Virus record (IMG/VR): IMGVR_UViG_3300005466_000024
Span: 96,001-160,000 of that record
Direction: 5' to 3' (one strand)
DNA length: 64,000 nucleotides
Origin: a virus
Both the position numbers and the translations under genes were made by a program. How positions within the stretch are numbered: the first letter of the stretch is position 1; each line of letters opens with the position of its first letter. This document shows positions 36,160-45,791 of this stretch, in pieces. The notes below the pieces were generated by a model that did no database searches, was not told where the DNA came from, and saw only the letters and a program-made list of their open reading frames with translations.

Positions 36160-38040
36160 TCACGTCGCCTCCGATTTGTGCAGCGCGGCGCGCAGCCGTG
36201 CGCCGATCCACTCACCGACGGGCGGCGAGACGGCGTTGCCGAACCCGTCGGTCTGTTTGCGTGCCGACCCCCAGACGACGAACGAACCCCGGTAGTCGAC
36301 GAAGTCGACGTCGAATCCGCAGCCGCGACCGATCTCGTGGGCCGACATCATGCGGAAGTAGCAGTCCTCGAGAGTGAGCTCGGCGAGCAGCGCGTGCCAT
36401 TCGGCGATCAGCGGCGCAAGGATGCCGCCGTCGTACCAGCCGGAGAACAACACGCCCTGCGTGACGGCGGATCCGACGACGGTGCCCAGCGGCTTGTCCA
36501 GCGGGTAGCTGCGGTATCCGGCCTCGTCGATCGAGCCGTTGCACTGCACCCTGCCGGCCGCGGTGAGCACGCCGGGGATCTGGTCGCTGGTCACCGTCGG
36601 CATCGCCTCGCCATGCGTGGTGGGCACGGTGTTGCGCCGGAATGGCACGACGCCCGACGACAACACACCCAGACCGCCGGACCCCGCGTTGCCGACGATG
36701 GTCTCCATCGGCTCGCCAAGGCTGCGGCTGGTGCCATTGGTCCGGTTCGGCAGCACCCGCGCCGACAGCATGCCCAACGTCTCCGACCCGCCCTGCGTCG
36801 GCAGCGGATCGTCGGCGCCGCGCGGCGCGCCCTGGTAGTTGTCGATGGCTAGAGCCACTGGCGGGGTGATCAGGCCAGTGGTGTTGGAGGTGGGCTGGGT
36901 CCACAGCGGTTGGGCAAGGTCACGTGTGCGGCATTCGGAGCCGGGGTGCTCGAAGCTGTTGGCCATCTGCATGATCGCCCCGGTGGACAGGATGGCGGTC
37001 TCCTGCTGGCTGGTCTGGGTGGCCATCGGCTGCCAAGGGTGGCGCTCGGTGCCGTGCAGGGCCTTGGCGGGCATCAGGACGGCCGGGAAATCGGCGAACC
37101 GTTGGCGGCACCGTTCCGCTCGCGCCATCGTGGTCGCCGCGAGCGGTTTCCTCCGATCCCCGATCCGGGTGCCCAGATCCGTCAGGTCCAGCGCAGCCAG
37201 CGACGGCGTCATCGGTGGCGCCACTACGCCCCGGCAGGACGGACAGCGATATGAGTACTGCTTGCCGTAGCGCACCGAACCGGTGGGCGGCACCCCGGTC
37301 TTCCACGTCCACACTGCCTCGATGACCTTGTCGCATCGCGGGCACCACGACGGCGGGCGGTGATCCAGGTCCGGTGTCGGGATCCGCCGATCCCACATGG
37401 CGATGTACAGCCGGTCCCGCGACTGCGGCACCCCGAAGAACATCGAGTTCAGGTACAGGACGCGATACTTGTAGCCCAGTGTCTCGAACTGCCTGAGCCA
37501 CCACCGGTAGGTGCTACCGTCTCCAACCTTGCGCTTGCCTTGGATGGCTGGCCCCCAGGAGGTCAGTTCGGTGGTGCACTCGACCAGGATCAGTCGGGGA
37601 TGGTGCTGTGCGGCGTAGGCGAGCACGCAGGACGCGGTGGCGCGGTCGCGTTCGGATCGGGTGACGCTGGCCTCGAAATCCGGGTCGTCCAGGTCGAACA
37701 GCGACAGCCCCTGCTCGTACGCCTTTTTGGTGTTGGCGAGGCTGTGGTTCTTGCACGAAACTCCTGCCGCCAGCAGGTCTGCCGGCGGCAGGTCGCGGAC
37801 CGAATGGTAGGCCAGGGATTCGCGGTCGACCAGGTCGGCGATCCAGTGTTCCGCCTCGGGATGGTTGGCCTCGTGGATCGCGATCTTGTATTCGTTGTGG
37901 TTCGCCGCGCAGATGGTCTCGAACCCGGCACGTTTGATGCCGGTGGTCAAACCACCGAACCCGGAGAACAGGTCGACCGCGACGAGATCGTCGTGTTTGA
38001 AGCGGCGTCGTTTCACCGCGGGCCGGTACGTGGCGCTCAT
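36160..38040 (-). CDS. Second C5-cytosine DNA methyltransferase
   Basis: DLFSGFGG (I), GVSCKNHS (IV variant), PQSRDRLY (VIII), internal CxxC pairs, GFGNAVSP (X). Confidence 0.85.
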   Translation of the reverse strand: MSATYRPAVKRRRFKHDDLVAVDLFSGFGGLTTGIKRAGFETICAANHNEYKIAIHEANHPEAEHWIADLVDRESLAYHSVRDLPPADLLAAGVSCKNHSLANTKKAYEQGLSLFDLDDPDFEASVTRSERDRATASCVLAYAAQHHPRLILVECTTELTSWGPAIQGKRKVGDGSTYRWWLRQFETLGYKYRVLYLNSMFFGVPQSRDRLYIAMWDRRIPTPDLDHRPPSWCPRCDKVIEAVWTWKTGVPPTGSVRYGKQYSYRCPSCRGVVAPPMTPSLAALDLTDLGTRIGDRRKPLAATTMARAERCRQRFADFPAVLMPAKALHGTERHPWQPMATQTSQQETAILSTGAIMQMANSFEHPGSECRTRDLAQPLWTQPTSNTTGLITPPVALAIDNYQGAPRGADDPLPTQGGSETLGMLSARVLPNRTNGTSRSLGEPMETIVGNAGSGGLGVLSSGVVPFRRNTVPTTHGEAMPTVTSDQIPGVLTAAGRVQCNGSIDEAGYRSYPLDKPLGTVVGSAVTQGVLFSGWYDGGILAPLIAEWHALLAELTLEDCYFRMMSAHEIGRGCGFDVDFVDYRGSFVVWGSARKQTDGFGNAVSPPVGEWIGARLRAALHKSEAT

Positions 38041-38735
38041 ACCAGCCCCCGCTTGAGTCGTCGGCGTTCCTGCTCGGATAATCCGGCCCAAACACCGAAC
38101 CGCTCATCGTGGGCCAAGGCGAACTCCAGGCAGTCGTCGCGCACCGTGCATCGCAGGCAGATGCGTTTGGCCTCACGGGTCGAGCCGCCCTTTTCTGGGA
38201 AGAAGACCTCGGGGTCGGTCTCGGCGCACAGGGCCTCGTCGCGCCAGCTCTCCACCTCGTTCAGCGCGAAGGGGCCGTCGAGGAAGGTCAGCGTCCGCTG
38301 CCCGGTGGCGAGTGGGCCGAACTTCAGATCCTCCCGTCGCTCCCGTTCGCACGATTCTGCTGCCGCTGCCAGGTCGGCGAGTGCCGCCGCATTGGTGCGG
38401 CGGGTGGCCCACCCGTCCTGCCGGTACTGCTGCCGGGTGGCGGGGTCGATGCCGCAGATGGCGTGCGCCGTCGTGGCGGTGATGACCTGGCGGCCGGCCA
38501 GGATGTGTGTGATCACCGATCGGTGGACGTGCGCGGCGCGGGCGATTTCCCGGTACTTCCAGCCCGCCCCGACCAATAGGATGATCGTCCTACGGACAGG
38601 GGCAACGTCGATGACGCGTGGTGCGATCTTGCCCTGCCTGCGGTCCCTCTCGTAGTCCGCATGACACAGGCCGCGGCGCAGGGGCTTCTCCGCGCGACCA
38701 CACCGCACGCATCGTTCCCCCGATGCCCTCACCAT
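38037..38735 (-). CDS. whiB: WhiB-family regulator with N-terminal Cys motif and HTH
   Basis: WRDEALCAETDPEVFFPEKGGSTREAKRICLRC.VRDDCLEFAL...FGVWAGL. Confidence 0.9.
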   Translation of the reverse strand: MVRASGERCVRCGRAEKPLRRGLCHADYERDRRQGKIAPRVIDVAPVRRTIILLVGAGWKYREIARAAHVHRSVITHILAGRQVITATTAHAICGIDPATRQQYRQDGWATRRTNAAALADLAAAAESCERERREDLKFGPLATGQRTLTFLDGPFALNEVESWRDEALCAETDPEVFFPEKGGSTREAKRICLRCTVRDDCLEFALAHDERFGVWAGLSEQERRRLKRGLV

Positions 38736-39169
38736 TGGGTTGGGTCCGCCAGTGTCCGGGGCCGCTGCCCGAACCAGTGCCGCAGGCTGGCGTACGCCTC
38801 CTCGGCGTCGCCGCCGTTGCCCACCCCGCGCCACACGACGGCGCCGACCTGCGGTGTTCCCGTCTGCTCGTAGTCGGTGTAGTTGACCAGCGCGCACCGG
38901 CGCGGGCGTTGGGTGGACTTGGAGAACTTCGCCACGATGCGGTTGCCGGCGCGGCTCCACTCCAGGTCGCCGTCGGCGGTAGCGGTGATCTCCCACCCGT
39001 TCTGCGCGGCCAGTGCCACCAGTTCCACCAGCGGGGTAACGGCCGCAGCGCTCGTCGTCTCGGAAGTGGTCACCGGGAACCCCCTTCTGGATGGTCGGGG
39101 ATGGCCCCGGAGGTGGGTTACCGTCGCGACGGTGCTGACCATTTCGGCCTCTTCGTCCCCCGGGACCAT
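38729..39169 (-). CDS. Hypothetical protein
   Basis: ATG 8 nt after the TATACT of motif copy 5. Confidence 0.55.
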   Translation of the reverse strand: MVPGDEEAEMVSTVATVTHLRGHPRPSRRGFPVTTSETTSAAAVTPLVELVALAAQNGWEITATADGDLEWSRAGNRIVAKFSKSTQRPRRCALVNYTDYEQTGTPQVGAVVWRGVGNGGDAEEAYASLRHWFGQRPRTLADPTQW

Positions 39170-39177
39170 CTTCCTTA

Positions 39178-39195
39178 AGTATAGCGGTCCTATAG
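39178..39195 (-). promoter_or_regulatory. TATAG motif, copy 5
   Basis: CTATAGGACCGCTATACT. Confidence 0.6.
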
Positions 39196-39214
39196 CGACA
39201 TGCCTACCGCTACT

Positions 39215-39481
39215 TCAGGACCATTCCACTAGAGCGTCCTCACCCTGGGGAACAGGGCCGGGTTCTCGCAGGTCGGCCCAGTTGATGAAACGCAACCAGC
39301 AGGTCTTCCACCACACTTCGGGTAACTCGGATGGATGCCGGAAATCGGATTGGGACCACCCGTGACGCAACAGGTTCCTACGGCCGGCCTCGTTGTCGAT
39401 GAGGTAGATCTTGTGGCAGCCATCGAAGACAAAAAACAGTCCCTCAGCTGGCACCGGTACGCCATTGATCTTGAGGGTCAT
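39215..39481 (-). CDS. Hypothetical protein
   Basis: FVFDGCHKIYLI...W..TC.LRFI. Confidence 0.6.
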   Translation of the reverse strand: MTLKINGVPVPAEGLFFVFDGCHKIYLIDNEAGRRNLLRHGWSQSDFRHPSELPEVWWKTCWLRFINWADLREPGPVPQGEDALVEWS

Positions 39482-39604
39482 CGCACACTCCCCTTGGCGC
39501 CCATCACTTCTGCCTCCGACACACCCGCCAGATACTGACCGCACCGGTCACCCATCCGACGACGAACATGCTCATCAGCTGGCTCAGCTGTAGCCAACTA
39601 CCGC

Positions 39605-39940
39605 TCATGCCTCACCTCCCTCGACCCGCACATCGAGTTCGATGTCCGGCACCCACTGGGGCAACCCCAGGATTCCCTCGAGGGCCGCCCGGATCTCCTC
39701 CGAGAACGATTCGACGTGTTCCCGGTCGTTCTCGGATTCGACCATGACGATGACCTTCATGTTGTTCGATGGCGGGCTGACGCCGCGGTCCATCGCGCGC
39801 AGGTGCTCGGCGCGGCCCTTGGCGTCCATCGGTTCGGCACTCACCACGTGCTCGCCGCGACCGTTGCAGACGACGTCCTGGGGGTGGTTCACCCCAGTGG
39901 TCACCATGACCCGGCAGTTGGGGCAGAGGATCTCAGGCAT
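39605..39940 (-). CDS. Hypothetical protein
   Basis: CPNC motif; coupled start. Confidence 0.5.
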   Translation of the reverse strand: MPEILCPNCRVMVTTGVNHPQDVVCNGRGEHVVSAEPMDAKGRAEHLRAMDRGVSPPSNNMKVIVMVESENDREHVESFSEEIRAALEGILGLPQWVPDIELDVRVEGGEA

Positions 39941-40627
39941 TATTTCGGCCCGGTGGGCGTCGTGGCGCCGCTTATCATCTCGGCGGCGCGAAGCAGAACA
40001 TCACGATCACGGGCCAGCGCCTGGAAACACAGCGCTTTGTCACGTTCGAGAAAGTCCTCGATGTTCGGCTGATCCATCTGAATTCCTCCTGCAATGATTT
40101 AGGGCAATACCGCTCTCATACACTTCTCAGAGCAGAAGACTTCCGCTGTTGAACTACTTGTCCAGGCAATCCGCCAAGGATTCGGCAAGAGATCCCAAAC
40201 GACCTCGCCGGGTTCCCTGCCATTTAGCTCAACCGTGACACCCTTATCACACTGAATACAACCAAACTGTATGAGGATCATTACCGCCTCACCGCCATGC
40301 TCTCCGAGCACCGTAGTCGATTCCGTAGATCACAAGCTTCTTCCCCGCACCGGTTTTTCTTCACAAGGTTCCTGGTGTTCCTGTTCGATTTCATCGAGCA
40401 ACGTCAGCAGCTCCTCACCGAACCGACATTGTTCGACATCGTTGCCGATGGCCAACTCCTGGCCGAACTGGCGCAAATCAGCCAGGGCCGATCTGTCTAT
40501 CTTCACGTGCCTCGTCTCCCCTCGGCCTCCACCCCGCCGCTCTCCTCCTCGTAGTGGTCCTCGACCAGGCCCAGGACCAGCAGCCACGTCTTGATGCGGC
40601 AGCGGATGGTCAGCCAGCGATCTGCGC

Positions 40628-41074
40628 TCACGTCTTGGCTTTGGTGAATGACCAGCCACTGAAGTTGCGGGTCAGCACCTCGCTCAGCTCCCCGGTCTTC
40701 GGTGAGAAGCGGGGGTTCTCCCAGGTGCGCTTACGCCACGTCCACCGGCCGTCGGGCCGTTTGAGGTAGTAGCCGAGGTTCGCGCCGTCGTCGATGTCGT
40801 ATGGCGCGAAGTTCCGCATGGCCGCGCGGAAGCCCCCGTTGTAGTACTCGCAGTAGCTTTCCAGGTGGGCAGCTACCTGGCGAATCTCGTCCTCGGTGGG
40901 CATGATGCCGTGGTCGAGGATGTCGTCACAAACCACGATGCCGGTGATATAGCTCCAACGGGGATGAGCCGTTGCGAGGATCGGGATGCGCAGGCTGGTC
41001 GCCAGCTCGGTCTGCTGGGGACTGATATCACCGTCAGTGTCGGCCCAGGTGCGCCGATAGTACTCATCGAACAT
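40628..41074 (-). CDS. Hypothetical protein
   Basis: RBS and GC3-rich ORF. Confidence 0.55.
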   Translation of the reverse strand: MFDEYYRRTWADTDGDISPQQTELATSLRIPILATAHPRWSYITGIVVCDDILDHGIMPTEDEIRQVAAHLESYCEYYNGGFRAAMRNFAPYDIDDGANLGYYLKRPDGRWTWRKRTWENPRFSPKTGELSEVLTRNFSGWSFTKAKT

Positions 41075-41309
41075 GGCCACCCATCTCCCTGACTCGTTGT
41101 TCGAACATGGCCTCGCCGGCATCCAGCGCCGCGCAAACCTGCGTCACACTCAAGCCCGTCTGCTGAGCCAAACCCGCCAGCAGGATTTCCTTGAGATGCT
41201 TGCGGCGGTGCCGGACGACGATGATCTGCCTGATCTGGTAGACGAATGTGAGCCACACCAGCACGCTCCCGACCCAGCCCATGATGTTCATGCCGTGTTC
41301 GGTCGTCAT
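41064..41309 (-). CDS. Small membrane protein
   Basis: N-terminal TM helix followed by basic residues. Confidence 0.5.
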   Translation of the reverse strand: MTTEHGMNIMGWVGSVLVWLTFVYQIRQIIVVRHRRKHLKEILLAGLAQQTGLSVTQVCAALDAGEAMFEQRVREMGGHVR

Positions 41310-41773
41310 GCGTACCACTCCCGGCAACCGTTGCAGACGAAGACGGTCTTGCCCGACACCGACTTCTTCGTGAAGACGTTGGCGCCGCAGGTGCAGCGGA
41401 ACGGCTTGCCGCCTACGCGCAGCATGGTGGCCTCGGGTTCGATGGGCTGGCGCAGCCGTAGGCGGGCCTGGCTCTTCACGACTCCTCCCGTGCTTTGAGA
41501 TCGTCCTTGAGGTCTTGCCAGTATTCCCACGGCACGATGATCGCCAGCGGTTCCTTGGTCTGGGAATGCTCGATGACGTAGGCGTTGCCGTTCTTGACTT
41601 CACGCATCATTTCGGTGATGGCCTGACGCTTTTCCGACTCGCGATCCTTCTGCCAGACCGGACAGTCCTCGGTGTGGTCGTGGTCGACGGGCGTGTGACA
41701 GCTGGGACACTGCTCGTTCATCCGCCAGAACTGGTGCAGGCGGCAGCCGAGCTTACCGGTGCACACCAACGGG

Positions 41774-42133
41774 TCACTCACCGAACTCCTCCTCCACCTG
41801 CTGTCTGGTGTCGGCCCAGGTCGAGTACCGCCGATAATCGGGGGACAGCATCTCGCGGCTGATGAGGTCCAACGCGAACACCGCCTTCTCAAGTGCCTTG
41901 ATACCCCTGTAGTAGCGCTGCGCTGTGTACTGGCCACTGATTATCAGCTGACGCACCTCATCCAGACCCTTGCGCACCTCGGTGATGCGGTTGTCGGCGG
42001 TGGTGCCGCCGTCGATGAGGTCCAGGGCCTGCAGGCCGTGGTCGATCAGGGCGTGTTCGGTCTGGGTCGAGGGGTGGTGGTCCATTTTGCGTGCCGCGCG
42101 CTTGAGTTCCTGCAACGTTTCACGGCGCATCAT
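41774..42133 (-). CDS. Hypothetical helical protein
   Basis: ATGA-coupled ORF. Confidence 0.55.
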   Translation of the reverse strand: MMRRETLQELKRAARKMDHHPSTQTEHALIDHGLQALDLIDGGTTADNRITEVRKGLDEVRQLIISGQYTAQRYYRGIKALEKAVFALDLISREMLSPDYRRYSTWADTRQQVEEEFGE

Positions 42134-42315
42134 GGCCGGGCACCCTTCCGCCACTGCTCCAGCCACCGCTCGAACGCTTCCAGCACGGACGGCTCCAGGA
42201 ACACCTGGTTGGTCTTGCCGAGGCCGTTGTGCGTGAACAGCTCGACCTGGCCCCAGTCTTCTGCGGTGACGTAGAGACCGTCACCGAGGTAGGTCGCCGC
42301 TGGTTGTTCAGGCAT
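42130..42315 (-). CDS. Hypothetical protein
   Basis: TYLGDGLYV...VFLEP.V. Confidence 0.6.
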   Translation of the reverse strand: MPEQPAATYLGDGLYVTAEDWGQVELFTHNGLGKTNQVFLEPSVLEAFERWLEQWRKGARP

Positions 42316-42628
42316 GGGTCGACTCCCTCGACTCGCGGTGTTCCTCGCACATCACCCTGGCCCGGGCCAGCGACTTGCCGACCTCATCGCCGATACGCGT
42401 CCACTTCAGTTCGCCCTCGAGTTCGGCGAACTCCGGCCACCAGATGGCCTTGCCGACACGGCTGCGCACCCGGTACGACACCCCGTTGACCGGACCGGCA
42501 TGCCAGTGCCCCAGGCCGCCGCACTTGCGCCAGAGCATTAGGTTGTGCACGTCCTGGGCACGACCTGCGCCGCACTGGCACATGTTGTCAGTACCCTCGG
42601 CCTTGTTGTAGCGGTGGCGGATCATCAT
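42308..42628 (-). CDS. Hypothetical protein
   Basis: GAGGAGG RBS. Confidence 0.55.
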   Translation of the reverse strand: MMIRHRYNKAEGTDNMCQCGAGRAQDVHNLMLWRKCGGLGHWHAGPVNGVSYRVRSRVGKAIWWPEFAELEGELKWTRIGDEVGKSLARARVMCEEHRESRESTHA

Positions 42629-42632
42629 CCCT

Positions 42633-42675
42633 CCTCAGCACCATGCTATATCACCACTATAGCATGGTGCTGAGG
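42633..42675. promoter_or_regulatory. 18-bp perfect inverted repeat enclosing TATAG motif copy 6 (42645..42662)
   Basis: CCTCAGCACCATGCTATA-TCACCAC-TATAGCATGGTGCTGAGG. Confidence 0.65.
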
Positions 42676-42708
42676 GTACAACCAGCTTTCGGGCAGCGGG
42701 CGCGGCCC

Positions 42709-43140
42709 TTATACCACGAAGCTCCGCGGGGTCGGTTGGAAGCTCATCGGAATCTTGTAACCGATCCGCTGGTAATCCGTCAGGTGGTGATCCGTCAGGT
42801 CGTCGCGGAAGCGGAAGGGCCACTCCTGCCCTTCGGTCCAAACCACATCACGCACCCCTCCGAGGTACTGTCCTCGACTGGGGCTGCAGTTGCAGAGATC
42901 CTCCCAGATGGCCCTGGGAATGGTGCGCCCGTCGTACCCCCGGTCGCGCACCATTTCCAACTGGGCGGCCTCGGCCTCCTTGATCCTCTCGTCCAGTAGC
43001 CGATCCCATTCGAGCAGGGTGGGCCGCTGGGGGGTTGGTCCCTGGTCGACCGGTTCGGGAGTTTGTTCGGCTTCCGTCTTGCCGGCCACTTCCGGAGTGG
43101 GCCAGTCGAGCTCTTCCAGTTGGTCGGGCGCGATGGTCAT
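42709..43140 (-). CDS. Hypothetical protein
   Basis: GAGGAG RBS. Confidence 0.55.
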   Translation of the reverse strand: MTIAPDQLEELDWPTPEVAGKTEAEQTPEPVDQGPTPQRPTLLEWDRLLDERIKEAEAAQLEMVRDRGYDGRTIPRAIWEDLCNCSPSRGQYLGGVRDVVWTEGQEWPFRFRDDLTDHHLTDYQRIGYKIPMSFQPTPRSFVV

Positions 43141-43230
43141 GGGTCGGACTCCTCTCTGCTCTGTCCACGGTGGACAGAAGTCGGTCAGGCGATGGGTTCC
43201 ACGGAGGGGAGGCTGCGGCGATTGAGCCGA

Positions 43231-43443
43231 TCAGCCTTCCTGCCCGGTTGGATCGGGCGCCCTCATCTCCAAAGCGGTGTGCGCCGGTAACACGTCGATG
43301 AGAACGCGATCCCCGGCCTCGGGGTGGAATTCGTTGGCGATCACCCACGTGTCCACTCCCTCCTCGAGTCCCCCGTGGAAGAGTTCGCAGGGCACCTCGG
43401 TGCCGTCGGCCCGCGTGATGCGCACATTCTCCGGCCGGCCCAT
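43231..43443 (-). CDS. Hypothetical protein
   Basis: Similar to 53218..53460 (V....G...P.EL...G...W....E...GD...VDV.P..T.L). Confidence 0.55.
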   Translation of the reverse strand: MGRPENVRITRADGTEVPCELFHGGLEEGVDTWVIANEFHPEAGDRVLIDVLPAHTALEMRAPDPTGQEG

Positions 43444-43718
43444 CACGCCACCGTCTTCTGCAGCAACGGGCAGTCGACGACCTCCAGCAGCCGCTCCCAC
43501 ACCTCGAGGCTGCCCTGGGAGCGCCCGGACAGCATGCAGCTGAGGTGTTTCCGGCTGATCCCCGCCGCCATGGCCAGATCGGCCTGATTCCAATGCTTGC
43601 GGTAAAGCCCGCCCCGCACCAGATCGGCCATCATGGCCTGCAACCTCAGGGCCGGCTGCCCACTTTCCGGCGAGCCCGCTTCCCTCGACTCCGACAACTC
43701 GCATTCCATACCGACCAC
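43443..43718 (-). CDS. XRE-type helix-turn-helix protein
   Basis: WNQADLAMAAGISRKHLSCMLSGR; true start may be near 43634. Confidence 0.7.
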   Translation of the reverse strand: MVGMECELSESREAGSPESGQPALRLQAMMADLVRGGLYRKHWNQADLAMAAGISRKHLSCMLSGRSQGSLEVWERLLEVVDCPLLQKTVA

Positions 43719-43816
43719 CGCCGCAGCCTATCGTTCTTCCCTCGTTTTTTCACCTTAGAGGTTTCATAGTAGGGTCCTGCGCATGACCAAATTCAGGGCC
43801 AGACTAAGGGGTCGCG

Positions 43817-44221
43817 ATGAGCTTCGCCGATGACATTCCCGTTGAGTATCTGTGGTGCAAGGACATGCGTTTCCACGCCTGGGATCCTGCTTCCCTGGTG
43901 TCTCGCGAGGTCTTCAACCGCAGAACCGAGGTGTGGGAGATTCACCGCACGGTGCGGTGTTTCAACTGCAGCACCCATCGAACGCAGAAACTCACCAAGG
44001 CGTGGCAGCCGATCGGCAGCTTCACCTACGATTACCCGCCCGGCTACAAGGTCGACGGCTACAAGGGTTACGTCGTCACCCCCGCCGACCGGGCGGCGAT
44101 CCGGGCGTTGTCGACCGCGTACCGTGGTGGCACCTCCAAGCCCAGCGCCAAGGACCGCAAGGTGGCCCGGGAAACCAGTACTACTGTGACCCCGATCAGG
44201 CGGCAGAAGAAACGCGCATGA
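43817..44221 (+). CDS. Zn-binding hypothetical protein
   Basis: CKDMRFHAW...CFNC.T.R. Confidence 0.6.
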   Translation: MSFADDIPVEYLWCKDMRFHAWDPASLVSREVFNRRTEVWEIHRTVRCFNCSTHRTQKLTKAWQPIGSFTYDYPPGYKVDGYKGYVVTPADRAAIRALSTAYRGGTSKPSAKDRKVARETSTTVTPIRRQKKRA

Positions 44222-44673
44222 GGATCGAAATCAATCCCGCGACTGGACTCATCACGGTCGAAACCGACGACAACTCCAGTGCCGCCGAGTTCGTCCGTGA
44301 ACTGGTCAGCGGCCAGAAGCCACTACCGGCACCCAAGGCCATCGAGTCCGGGCGGGTCACCACCCCCAGGAAACCTCGGCGCAAGCGGCGCAAACTGGCA
44401 CCGGCGAAAGCTGATCGCCCGTTGACCAAGGCCGAGGATGAAACCTGGGCCTGGATGGGCGCCAATGATCGTCCCGAGGGCATCAGCGCCGAAGAGGTGG
44501 CGCAGGCCTTCGGCATCTCCGTAGCCGGGGGCACGTGGCGGATCGGCAGGCTGGTCAAGCGCGACATGGCTTGGCGCTGCGCCACGGGCCGCTACCGGGT
44601 CGGTTCCCTCACCGATGGCGCCATCATCTCCTCCAACGGCGCCGTCCTGTCCAACGGCTCACGAGTGCACTAG
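44218..44673 (+). CDS. Winged-helix-like DNA-binding protein
   Basis: GISAEEVAQAFGISVAGGTWRIGRLVKR...GRY. Confidence 0.55.
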   Translation: MRIEINPATGLITVETDDNSSAAEFVRELVSGQKPLPAPKAIESGRVTTPRKPRRKRRKLAPAKADRPLTKAEDETWAWMGANDRPEGISAEEVAQAFGISVAGGTWRIGRLVKRDMAWRCATGRYRVGSLTDGAIISSNGAVLSNGSRVH

Positions 44674-44680
44674 GGGAATC

Positions 44681-45460
44681 TCAGCCCCAGTCGATGAGGG
44701 TGTAGCCGGGGGCGCCTTGGCCGCCGGGTCCACCGCCTTGACCGGCCTTGGTGGAGGCACCTCCACCACCACCGCCGGCGGGATAGCCGCCGTGCCCGCC
44801 GGGCCTGGGGCTGTTGGCGCTACCGGAGGAGCCGCCGCCGCCCGCACCGCCGCCGCCGCCGTTGCCGGGGGTGGGCGTCGGGGAGCCGACGCCACCGTTG
44901 CCGACGCCGCCCTGGCCGCCGTTGGTGGTGGAGCCGCCGTGGCTGGGGGCGTGGATCCAGTTGCCGTTGCCGTTTTCGGGGGCGCCTGCACCGCCGCCGG
45001 ACCCGGCGCCGCCGGTGTTGGAGCCACCAGGGGTGTAGGCGTTGGGGGCGCCGTCGGAGCCGTTGATGAGGGTGAGGTCGGCGCCGCCAACAGCAGCAGC
45101 CACACCACCCTGGGTGCCGTGCCCCCCGCCAGCGGTGAGGACAACGGTGCCGGAGGCGAAGACGCTGGGTTGGCCGGGGGCGACACCGCGGGTGAGGGTG
45201 TAGGTGGGGCCGAGGAGTTCGTGGGGGATGAAACCGGTGATCTTGGCGCCGCCGCCGCCTCCGGCGCCGCCGTTGGCGGCGGTGGAACTGCCCGGGCCGT
45301 GGCCGCCGTTGGCGCCGGCGCCGAGCAAGGTGAGGGTGGCGCCGGGTCCGTCGGGGACCGGTTGGTTGTCGACGTCGGTGTTTTCGGTGCCGGGTGGCGA
45401 CGCGGGTTGCGGGTCGGAGCCACCGCCGAACAGCTCCTGCAGCCAGTCGAAAAATCCCAT
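44681..45460 (-). CDS. Stand-alone Gly-rich tail-domain paralog
   Basis: NQPVP.G...TLLGAGA.GG...TY..TRG...GYTL..W shared with the C-terminus of 30771..33317. Confidence 0.65.
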   Translation of the reverse strand: MGFFDWLQELFGGGSDPQPASPPGTENTDVDNQPVPDGPGATLTLLGAGANGGHGPGSSTAANGGAGGGGGAKITGFIPHELLGPTYTLTRGVAPGQPSVFASGTVVLTAGGGHGTQGGVAAAVGGADLTLINGSDGAPNAYTPGGSNTGGAGSGGGAGAPENGNGNWIHAPSHGGSTTNGGQGGVGNGGVGSPTPTPGNGGGGGAGGGGSSGSANSPRPGGHGGYPAGGGGGGASTKAGQGGGPGGQGAPGYTLIDWG

Positions 45461-45538
45461 TGATCATCCTTCCTCTGGGGTGCGGTACTCACGGCGGCTC
45501 AGGACTCCCATGGTGCATCGCCGGTTTCCCGCGTTCGA

Positions 45539-45766
45539 CTATTCGTCCTCGGCGTCGAACGTCACCGTGAATGCACGACCTTGAGTGAACTCCTTGATCG
45601 CGGCGGTGTCGTTGCCGATGTACATCTCGAACACACCGGCGGGGGTGGCCGCCGCCCAGTCCTTGTTGCGGCCCTGGGCGTAGTCGGGCACCAGCCGCAC
45701 GCGGCTGGCCTGATACCCGGCACTGTTGACGATCTCACTGACTTTGAATTTCGCTGTGACGCTCAT
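45539..45766 (-). CDS. Hypothetical protein
   Basis: GGAGG RBS; AKFKV...NK.WA.ATPAG.FEM.I.N. Confidence 0.65.
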   Translation of the reverse strand: MSVTAKFKVSEIVNSAGYQASRVRLVPDYAQGRNKDWAAATPAGVFEMYIGNDTAAIKEFTQGRAFTVTFDAEDE

Positions 45767-45791
45767 CTGTTTTTCACCTCCTCTCTCCACT

